Shown here piece after piece: positions 1 to 7,431 of a stretch of 64,000 nt of DNA. The notes below the pieces were generated by a model that was given only the letters and a program-made list of their open reading frames with translations, was not told the origin of the DNA and searched no databases. Made by a program: the position numbers and the translations under genes. The stretch is taken from assembly GCA_964551225.1 (NCBI GenBank), contig CAZKBF010000011.1:10591-74590 (forward strand), written 5' to 3'. Position 1 is the stretch's first letter. Each line of letters begins with the position of its first letter. This DNA is from an uncultured Ruminococcus sp. GTDB taxonomy: Bacteria; Bacillota; Clostridia; Oscillospirales; Ruminococcaceae.

Positions 1-1325
1 GCTGCTTCTTCCCGTTTGCATTCTTCTTCTTGTTGCTGCCTAATTTTATCGTAATATTCTTTTTCCTCTTCACGAATCTGATGACCAATCTTTACGCGCT
101 CCTTTATTAAAGTAGAAATAATTGGTCTCAATATTTCTACAAGAAGTACTATTCGCTCGTCATCTTCTATAAAACCTTGACGGTTTGAGGTTGCAATATC
201 AGGTAATCTATTATCATCTAAAATATCAAAGCTGATTTCACCTTCGATATAGTTGCTGAATGCCTGCGTGTTTTTAACATAATCCAAAAAGTTCTCTACA
301 GCCAGCTTATTACGCACATATAATCGCAATTGATTAGGACGGTAAGTTTTATTTTTTAAGTATTCTGGGTCATTGATTACAGCATCCTCCTTATTAATCG
401 AAGAATGAATCCCAATCCAACCAGTCATTTCATAGGGTAATTCTGTATCAGTAAGCGTACCATCTATTTGAGTAAAGCGTCTTTTACCGCTAGTAGTTGA
501 AAACTCTTTGGCATCAATAATAACGACTTCTCTAGGAATAGCTTCTATTGATTCAACTGAAGAATGAAATCTTACTGAATTTGACAACCTTAATGTATAA
601 TCATATGCAGTATTATTATAGAAGGAATACATATTTTTGAAAGCTATTGACTTTTCAACTTTTTCAAAAACCAGTTTTGTGGATTTACTTGTAAGAAAAG
701 CAACCTCCATCGTTCCGTGAAGGGAGTTTAATAAGTAAAAATCTGAAAGACGTGCTTTTAAGCCCGCTAAAGATTGTACGCCAAAATTAGTCAAATCCAC
801 ATCTGTGAGTTTTATCATGGTTCCAGTCTTAAAGCTATCCCATTCTGTTTTGGCTTCAATGTCAATATTACCAATATCCTGCTTATCTAAATGAGGTATA
901 TCAGAATCGCTAGCATTGGATGCATCTAAGCACCAAGCTGATAATTCGTTCTTGGTCTTTGAAATTAAATAGTATCGATGTGACAGATATAATGCTGCCA
1001 GTTTTCCAATACCTTTTCTTCCCATTAATTCATTTTTTGTCTCTTCGTCGAGAGTGTCATCATCCCTCTTGTCTTTTCCAATAAGAGCATATTTCTCCGC
1101 CAAGTCATCATAACCCATACCATATCCATTATCGAAAATCTCAATAACGGAATGCTCTTTATCTGTAGCATTTATATATACTTTCACATTAGTAGCTTTT
1201 GCGTCAAATCCATTTGCTACGAGTTCTGCGATAGCTGTCCATGCATTTGAATAGAGACCTTTTCCTAGGAGTCTGAGAGCAAAATATGAAAAATTAAAAT
1301 ATATCTTGTCATTTGAATTCTGCAT
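1..1325 (-). CDS. GHKL (HATPase_c) ATPase, MORC/HgiDII-like, restriction-associated; 3' end runs off the window
   Basis: Not in the ORF track; translated by hand from ATG 1325 (RBS AAGGAG): MQNSNDKIYFNFSYFALRLLGKGLYSNAWTAIAELVANGFDA...FDNGYGM...GRKGIGK (N, G1, G2 boxes), later YIEGEISFDILDD...DIATSNRQ and an E/K/Q-rich coiled coil at the window edge. Confidence 0.85.
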   Translation of the reverse strand, partial: MQNSNDKIYFNFSYFALRLLGKGLYSNAWTAIAELVANGFDAKATNVKVYINATDKEHSVIEIFDNGYGMGYDDLAEKYALIGKDKRDDDTLDEETKNELMGRKGIGKLAALYLSHRYYLISKTKNELSAWCLDASNASDSDIPHLDKQDIGNIDIEAKTEWDSFKTGTMIKLTDVDLTNFGVQSLAGLKARLSDFYLLNSLHGTMEVAFLTSKSTKLVFEKVEKSIAFKNMYSFYNNTAYDYTLRLSNSVRFHSSVESIEAIPREVVIIDAKEFSTTSGKRRFTQIDGTLTDTELPYEMTGWIGIHSSINKEDAVINDPEYLKNKTYRPNQLRLYVRNKLAVENFLDYVKNTQAFSNYIEGEISFDILDDNRLPDIATSNRQGFIEDDERIVLLVEILRPIISTLIKERVKIGHQIREEEKEYYDKIRQQQEEECKREEA

Positions 1326-1347
1326 AATCATTCTCCTTGTATAGAAA

Positions 1348-2517
1348 TTATTGATTGTTACGATATTCTTCAAAAGGTATTCGTTCGACTTGTTTTGCTA
1401 GTGCGATTGCCAGTAAAGGTGGTACAGCATTTCCTACTTGAGAATTGCGTTCATACTTGTTTCCGAAGAATCGAAACCAATCAGGAAACGATTGTAATCT
1501 TGCACCTTCTCTTGTAGATAAAGCTCTGTCTTGCAAAGGGTGAATGCACCTCAACGCCGATGGTGTTCCCAAACTATTTGTGATTGTAGTGCAAGGTCTA
1601 TCCCACCACAAACGACCATAAGTATTTTTGTAACCTGATGTCAAATAGAATCTTCTGTCAAGTTCACCATTCTCAACCAGATTATTAATGTAAGGACGTC
1701 CCTCGCCTTGAGGCACGGCTTGTATTACAGCCGTTATTTTTTCTCCATAAGTTCCACAAAAATGGTCGTGCAAAATGTTTTGGTTGCCACGCATTAATCT
1801 TTGATATTCTGTATTGGGTTCCCCATTATATTCTTCCACGTCTTGTCCATAATTCAACGCTGGCAAATCTGAAATAGCGTCTTCTACTGTTAGATACGGA
1901 TGTGTTGTATTGCCGTGCGTTGCATTTGGAAATTCCCACTGATAATTTACATCATTTCTGATACCAACAATAAATACTCTATCTCTACTTTGTGGAACAC
2001 CATAATTTTTTGCATTTAATACTTTTGTATATAATCTATACCCAAAATTGTTATCAATATTTTCAAATAAAGCAGTTATTTCTTGAATAACTGGTTGACC
2101 ATCGTCATTTTTCATTGACAATAAGCCTGTTACATTCTCAAAAATAAACATAGTAGGCCGAAACATTCTCAACATACGGGTATACTCTTGGTACATTCTA
2201 GCTCGCTGATCATATTGTCGTCTTCCAACAGTACTATATGATTGACAGGGCGGTCCCCCGATTATCAAATCTACAGGCTCGTTAATCACAATATCATTTT
2301 GTTCCAAAGTTTGTAGCGTGATATTTGCAATATCACATTCCATCAACGGAATGCGTGGGAAATTGTGAGTGAAGGCCAAAGCAGCTTGATGGTTATATTC
2401 ATTTGCAAATAAAAACCTAAATTTTTTATTTTTGACAAAACGATTTGCTCTAACTCGATATGAAAAACCAAACGTTAATCCGCCTGCTCCAGAGAATAAA
2501 TCTATTACATTTATCAT
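1348..2517 (-). CDS. dcm: DNA cytosine-5 methyltransferase
   Basis: Motifs DLFSGAGG (I), GGPPCQ (IV), FENV (VI), QSRDR (VIII), RLQSFPD (IX), GNAVPP (X). Confidence 0.95.
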   Translation of the reverse strand: MINVIDLFSGAGGLTFGFSYRVRANRFVKNKKFRFLFANEYNHQAALAFTHNFPRIPLMECDIANITLQTLEQNDIVINEPVDLIIGGPPCQSYSTVGRRQYDQRARMYQEYTRMLRMFRPTMFIFENVTGLLSMKNDDGQPVIQEITALFENIDNNFGYRLYTKVLNAKNYGVPQSRDRVFIVGIRNDVNYQWEFPNATHGNTTHPYLTVEDAISDLPALNYGQDVEEYNGEPNTEYQRLMRGNQNILHDHFCGTYGEKITAVIQAVPQGEGRPYINNLVENGELDRRFYLTSGYKNTYGRLWWDRPCTTITNSLGTPSALRCIHPLQDRALSTREGARLQSFPDWFRFFGNKYERNSQVGNAVPPLLAIALAKQVERIPFEEYRNNQ

Positions 2518-2571
2518 ATTTCACCTCATAAATTTATCGTCAACAGCTTGCGAACTACACTATTATCAACA

Positions 2572-3558
2572 TCACTGCCGATCATTTTTTAACTGGTGGA
2601 TAATCTTGGAAGCAATTATTTTAGCCATTTCAACAGGCACAGCATTGCCAACCATCTTATATCCATCGTCTAACTTTGAGTATATAAATTCAAAATCATC
2701 CGGAAAAGTTTGAAGTCGTGCACATTCACGAATGGTCATACGTCTATATAAATGCTCATATCCCTTGGCAAATATGTGTTGATTTTTGCCGATCATAGGC
2801 ATAACTGGAGCTTGTGGATGAAGCTGAGCTTGCCTACCGCTTGCCTGAACAGTAAACCCACATTCATCCCATTGACGCACTCTGTTTCGACTCATAAAAA
2901 TCGAAGAATACGATCCTTGGAAGTATTCGTGATTACTGAAAACTACATCCGGATTTGCATAGTTCTTTTCCAATGATGGAACAGCGGTATCTTTCAAATC
3001 CCATATGGCGTCTTTTAATGTGCGTTTTATTTTGTTTGGTTCTGGAAAATGAAAATCAACATTCAGGTCTTTCCTGAAACCAATATAAAAAACACGTTTT
3101 CTGTCCTGTGGAATTCCATAATCTGCAACATTTACTAATGTTACTGTTAAATCATACCCACAATCAATAAACATCTTCTTTATGTTTTCAACCGCTTCAC
3201 TGTGTCTTTTTGAAAGCATACCTACAACATTTTCGGCAAGAAAGAATTTCGGATGTTTGTCATTTAAAATGCGGATATAATCATAAAAGAGCTGTCCACG
3301 AGCGTCCTTGATGCCTTTTAATGCGCCTGCTTCAGACCACGATTGACAGGGAGGTCCCCCAATAATTCCATCACAATCAGGTATTTCGGATGAATCAACA
3401 TTGCGTATATCTCGTTGGTCGAGAAAGCCACTGTGATTCTTTTTATATGTAGCCCATATCGATGGGTCAAACTCATTGGCATAAATGATATCAAAACCCG
3501 CTTTTTCAAAGCCTAAATCTAATCCGCCTGCGCCAGCGAATAAGCTAACGATGTTCAT
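2572..3558 (-). CDS. dcm: DNA cytosine-5 methyltransferase, HaeIII/NgoPII-like (probably GGCC)
   Basis: [28 protein letters not shown], target-recognition region [25 protein letters not shown] as in M.HaeIII-type enzymes; next to an NgoPII-type REase. Confidence 0.92.
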   Translation of the reverse strand: MNIVSLFAGAGGLDLGFEKAGFDIIYANEFDPSIWATYKKNHSGFLDQRDIRNVDSSEIPDCDGIIGGPPCQSWSEAGALKGIKDARGQLFYDYIRILNDKHPKFFLAENVVGMLSKRHSEAVENIKKMFIDCGYDLTVTLVNVADYGIPQDRKRVFYIGFRKDLNVDFHFPEPNKIKRTLKDAIWDLKDTAVPSLEKNYANPDVVFSNHEYFQGSYSSIFMSRNRVRQWDECGFTVQASGRQAQLHPQAPVMPMIGKNQHIFAKGYEHLYRRMTIRECARLQTFPDDFEFIYSKLDDGYKMVGNAVPVEMAKIIASKIIHQLKNDRQ

Positions 3559-3569
3559 TTTTTCACCTA

Positions 3570-4412
3570 TTATATCGTATATGTAATTAATTTTGCCTTT
3601 TTAAGTTGTGCAGGATTGTCGGGATTTTTAATTTTTATATCAGTAATCGAAAGACCATCAATTGTACCGCACAATGCTATTAAGTCCTGCGCATTGTCAA
3701 ATGATTCAAATTTCTCGTCATTGATAATACACATAAAATTGAAATCTTTATTGAAGTCACGCTGATAAACATAATTAAAAACGGAAAATGGATTTTCAAT
3801 ACCCCACATACCTCTTACTCGTAGGTATGTTATTCCCAAAGGGTCAACCTTATTCACTCTGCCAAGTTCTTTTGTATCAGAAAACTCAACATCGGGAATG
3901 GTTTCAACTCCAAATTTGATTTTCTTTTTTACCCTCTCATATACTTCATCACTGGCAGCGTAATCAAGTCCATATACAAATGATAGATGTTTTATTGAAT
4001 CGCTGTTTACAACACCTACTGCGTAAATAATGTCTTTCTCAGTCCATTCTTCGGCGATCTTACATGCATTGCTTATCATAGGGCTATTAGCATACAGCTT
4101 GTGTTTCGGATATGACGAATTTAACTGAAGTTCGGAATTGGTGCCTTCGATTTTCTTTACTTCAATAGCATCTCCACCTCTTAACATTCCATCGGGTGGA
4201 TTGCTTTTGTTGCCCAAATAGGAAAATACCTCGCTGATTTTCTCTATGCGCTTTGCTTCGTCGGTTTCATTAAAGGTGTTACAGAACAAATCCTTGATAT
4301 ACTCCTCAAGAGCATCGCCCATGTTGTTAATACGGTTTTTGCCAACATAATGAGCATGAACATTAGTTACTGGGTGATTTACAAGATTTATAATAGCATC
4401 TATGATATTCAT
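3570..4412 (-). CDS. Type II restriction endonuclease, NgoPII family
   Basis: [28 protein letters not shown] (PD-ExK), [34 protein letters not shown]. Confidence 0.88.
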   Translation of the reverse strand: MNIIDAIINLVNHPVTNVHAHYVGKNRINNMGDALEEYIKDLFCNTFNETDEAKRIEKISEVFSYLGNKSNPPDGMLRGGDAIEVKKIEGTNSELQLNSSYPKHKLYANSPMISNACKIAEEWTEKDIIYAVGVVNSDSIKHLSFVYGLDYAASDEVYERVKKKIKFGVETIPDVEFSDTKELGRVNKVDPLGITYLRVRGMWGIENPFSVFNYVYQRDFNKDFNFMCIINDEKFESFDNAQDLIALCGTIDGLSITDIKIKNPDNPAQLKKAKLITYTI

Positions 4413-4463
4413 ATATAAACTGCCTCTCTATCATACAAATAATAGGTATAACTACCCACGTAT

Positions 4464-4492
4464 ATTATACACCAATACGATTGTTTTTTCAA
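4464..4492 (-). promoter_or_regulatory. Sigma-A promoter of the RM operon
   Basis: Minus strand TTGAAA-17 bp-TATAAT about 50 bp upstream of the REase start. Confidence 0.6.
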
Positions 4493-4740
4493 TATGATAA
4501 ATGAATTTTTTGTGCGAATAGGAAATTGCGGTTTAGCCGCCAATTAGTGTATAGTAATGGAATCGTTCGGTTAAAAAACAGCGATACTTTTCACGGTACC
4601 GCTATAGTAATTATTGTCTTCAATACCACAAAACCATTTGTTACATTTTCTCTTATTTCGCTATTTTTCCGAATGAGTCTTTTGGATAAGGATTGCTCTG
4701 CGTGTGCTTTTCGTAGGAATTCCCATATCTCCCACAAGCA

Positions 4741-5079
4741 CTATGCAATCTTAATCCCCTCCCTCTGAATATTCAGATAAAACGGCAGGGTGTCTTTCCA
4801 CTGCTCAAATTCCGAGTGAGGAATGCAGCGAAAGCTTGTCAGCGTATCATATTTCAGGTCGAGGTCCGACGAGAACTCAATAAGCTTTGACCGAAACGCA
4901 GACTCCTGACCTCTCTGCAAATCGAGAATTACAGCAATATCGATATCGGAGTCCTTGGTGAAATCGCCTCTTGCGTAGGAGCCAAACAGAATTATTCCGA
5001 CAATGTGGTTGCCGTAAATCGCTTTCAGACCTTCAGCGGCTTCGTTGAGTAGCATTGACATTTCAGCTTTATCGAGCAT
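4741..5079 (-). CDS. Minimal nucleotidyltransferase (MNT/MntA-type)
   Basis: LFGSYARGDFTKDSDIDIAV (GS..DxD motif), 112 aa, RBS GAGGTGG. Confidence 0.88.
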   Translation of the reverse strand: MLDKAEMSMLLNEAAEGLKAIYGNHIVGIILFGSYARGDFTKDSDIDIAVILDLQRGQESAFRSKLIEFSSDLDLKYDTLTSFRCIPHSEFEQWKDTLPFYLNIQREGIKIA

Positions 5080-5210
5080 ACTACCACCTCGCTTTTTTCT
5101 TCTTTACTTTATTATAACTCTTTTTCATAATTATTGTCAATAGCAAATTTCATTTTTCCCCACACTATGCCACGAAAACCCACTCGTTCGCCGAACCCTC
5201 CGAACCCCGG

Positions 5211-5247
5211 TGTGACCAAAAGTGTGACCATTTCGCCTGTGACCAAA
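5211..5247 (+). repeat. Three direct TGTGACCA(AA) repeats, candidate integrase arm-type sites
   Basis: TGTGACCAAA 5211, TGTGACCA 5223, TGTGACCAAA 5238, 55-90 bp from the tRNA 3' end. Confidence 0.6.
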
Positions 5248-5300
5248 GAAATCTATATAAAAGAAAAACCGCTCAACCCTGATGGTTAAGCGGTTTGTTG

Positions 5301-5377
5301 TGGCACGCCAGGAGGGATTCGAACCCCCGACCCTCTGGTTCGTAGCCAGATACTCTATCCAGCTGAGCTACTGGCGC
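5301..5377 (-). tRNA. tRNA-Arg(ACG)
   Basis: GCGCCAGTAGCTCAGCTGGATAGAGTATCTGGCT-ACG-AACCAGAGGGTCGGGGGTTCGAATCCCTCCTGGCGTGCCA; full cloverleaf with CCA. Confidence 0.97.
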
Positions 5378-5395
5378 TTTTTTAACAACAGTAAT

Positions 5396-5424
5396 ATTAT
5401 ATCACTTCGTTTTCGATTTGTCAA
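5396..5424 (-). promoter_or_regulatory. Consensus sigma-A promoter of tRNA-Arg
   Basis: TTGACA-17 bp-TATAAT plus upstream A/T tracts. Confidence 0.85.
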
Positions 5425-5665
5425 GAGGAAATTTGAAAAAATTTTGAAAAAACGGCAAAATTGGCAGAGAAAAAATTCGTCATTTTCAACAAAAGCCTTA
5501 TTATACTGCGGCTTCGCGAGCCTTTTTGTTATAAAACAACGTTCACTTTGCTAAAATATTTAGGAAAAATATCTGCATTTTGTGTCAAAAAATGGTATTA
5601 TAGTATTAAGAAAATATTAAGACACTGTTAAGGAAACGTTGCGATTTATTGGAAGGATGTATTTT

Positions 5666-5965
5666 ATGCGTGAAAATGAATTTGAAGGTTCTGATATTCT
5701 CAAGTCGGATTTCGGGGAACTTGTGACGCAGCTTCGCAAGAAATACAATTTAACGCAGGAAATGCTGTCCGAGATATCGGGGATATCCGAGGTTTATCTG
5801 CGGAGAATTGAGCGCGGGAACTGCACTGTGACGTGGGTTATCTGGCTGACGCTTTGCACAGCGCTGAACGTTAACATTGATGAAATTCAGAAGAAGTACA
5901 TTCTCCCGAAAATCAAGGAAAGAGTATCGAATTTGGGGATTGAATCCAAATATATAACCGAGTGA
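5666..5965 (+). CDS. XRE-family HTH transcriptional regulator
   Basis: LRKKYNLTQEMLSEISGISEVYLRRIERG HTH_3 pattern; start assumed at ATG 5666. Confidence 0.85.
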   Translation: MRENEFEGSDILKSDFGELVTQLRKKYNLTQEMLSEISGISEVYLRRIERGNCTVTWVIWLTLCTALNVNIDEIQKKYILPKIKERVSNLGIESKYITE

Positions 5966-5989
5966 TTCGGTAGAATTTAGATAATATTG

Positions 5990-6024
5990 AAACCCGTGCC
6001 GATGAAAGCACGGGTTTTCACTTT
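5990..6024 (+). terminator. Rho-independent terminator-like hairpin after the XRE gene
   Basis: AAACCCGTGC-8-GCACGGGTTT followed by T-rich sequence. Confidence 0.6.
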
Positions 6025-6290
6025 GTAATATTTTGCCATATTTTTGTGCAATTATACCAAAAACCGCGCAGCCAAATGACCACGCGGTTAACAATGACGC
6101 ACTAATCGCCTATTTCCCCGAAGCAGGAACCGGAGCGAAACGGAATACATCAAAGCGAGATTTGCACATCACCTGCGGCAGAAAAAAGCCAAAAAAATAT
6201 AGGAGAGCCACCCGCGGCTTTTGGCAATTTCGTGCGAAGTGCGAAATTGCCAAAAACGCAGAAGAGGACGATCCAAAGAACCGTCCTCTG

Positions 6291-6366
6291 TGGAGCTGAT
6301 AATCAGAGTCGAACTGATGACCTCATCCTTACCAAGGATGTGCTCTACCAACTGAGCTATATCAGC
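6291..6366 (-). tRNA. tRNA-Thr(GGT)
   Basis: GCTGATATAGCTCAGTTGGTAGAGCACATCCTT-GGT-AAGGATGAGGTCATCAGTTCGACTCTGATTATCAGCTCCA. Confidence 0.97.
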
Positions 6367-6395
6367 AAATTGTGTTCTGTAATTGCAACGATATT

Positions 6396-6424
6396 ATTAT
6401 ACCACGTTGTTTTCGATTTGTCAA
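6396..6424 (-). promoter_or_regulatory. Consensus sigma-A promoter of tRNA-Thr
   Basis: TTGACA-17 bp-TATAAT. Confidence 0.85.
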
Positions 6425-6536
6425 TAGGTTTTGAAAAAAATTTTGAATAATTTTGTCGAGAGGATATTTAGTGTTGATTTTTTGGCAGAAGTATGCTATA
6501 ATAAATAAGAGTTTGGTTTTTTCGGGAGATGATTTT

Positions 6537-6788
6537 GTGAAACCTGTGAACATTGGCTTTGGAAATATCGTGAACGAGGACAGAATTGTCGCTGTGGTAA
6601 GCCCCGAGGCGGCTCCCGTCAAGCGAATTGTTCAGCTCGCGAAGGACAGTGGTGCGGCTATTGACGCGACTTGCGGGCGAAAGACGCGCTCGGTTATAAT
6701 CTGCGACAGTGGTCACGTCGTGCTCTCGGCGCTGCTCCCCGAAACGATTGCGGGTAAATCGGCACCGAAGGACGAGCCCGAGGATTAG
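6537..6788 (+). CDS. remA: RemA/DUF370 family regulator
   Basis: [41 protein letters not shown]; conserved position upstream of gmk; GTG start. Confidence 0.9.
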   Translation: MKPVNIGFGNIVNEDRIVAVVSPEAAPVKRIVQLAKDSGAAIDATCGRKTRSVIICDSGHVVLSALLPETIAGKSAPKDEPED

Positions 6789-6821
6789 TTGAAAATTACA
6801 TTTGACATAAAGAGGTAAAAT

Positions 6822-7430
6822 ATGGAAAAAGGACTTTTGTTTGTTGTATCGGCACCCGCGGGCTGCGGTAAGGACACAATTTTGGGTGAACTTTTCAAGA
6901 AAACGGACAAGGCGGGCTACGCGGTTTCTGCGACAACTCGTGCGCCGCGCGAGGGTGAAATTGACGGTGTGCACTACCATTTTTTGACAAGAGACGACTT
7001 TTCCGAGAAAATCAAGCGCGGCGAGGTGCTCGAGTACACCGAGTACTGCGGGAATTTCTACGGCACGCTGAAAAAAAGCGTGGACGACCTCATTCTCTCG
7101 GGCAAGGACGCTGTGCTGAAAATCGAGGTTGAGGGCGCGATGAACATTAAAAAAATGTTCCCCGAGGCTTGCCTTGTGTTCATTTTGCCGCCGTCGCTGG
7201 AAATTCTCGAAAAACGTCTGCGCGGCCGCGGTACGGAAACCGAGGAGAAAATCCGCGAGCGCACTCTGCAAGCCAAAAACGAGCTTGCGTTTGCGAAAAA
7301 CTACGATTATCTTGTGGTGAACGATGATTTGAGCGAGGCTGTCGAGGACGTGCTTGCGGTGTTCAGAGCCGAAAAGCTGCGCCGCGAGCGCCGCGCGGGG
7401 CTTATCGAGCGCATTTCGGGGGAGAATTGA
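6822..7430 (+). CDS. gmk: Guanylate kinase
   Basis: SAPAGCGKDT P-loop, SATTRAPREGEIDGVHYHF. Confidence 0.96.
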   Translation: MEKGLLFVVSAPAGCGKDTILGELFKKTDKAGYAVSATTRAPREGEIDGVHYHFLTRDDFSEKIKRGEVLEYTEYCGNFYGTLKKSVDDLILSGKDAVLKIEVEGAMNIKKMFPEACLVFILPPSLEILEKRLRGRGTETEEKIRERTLQAKNELAFAKNYDYLVVNDDLSEAVEDVLAVFRAEKLRRERRAGLIERISGEN

Positions 7431-7431
7431 G

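Larger units (their letters stand above)
1..5320. mobile_element. Right end of an AT-rich genomic (defence) island integrated at the tRNA-Arg 3' end
   Basis: Visibly lower GC than the core genes, RM cargo, abuts the tRNA CCA end, arm-like direct repeats; integrase and other att site not in the window. Confidence 0.65.

Noticed and set aside
5282-5554. 90-aa ORF over tRNA-Arg, and ORFs 6033-6450 over tRNA-Thr
   Set aside because: They overlap clear tRNA genes and their promoters
5666-5965. XRE protein as the controller (C) protein of the RM system
   Set aside because: It lies on the other side of the tRNA, outside the island, and no C-box is evident at the RM promoter
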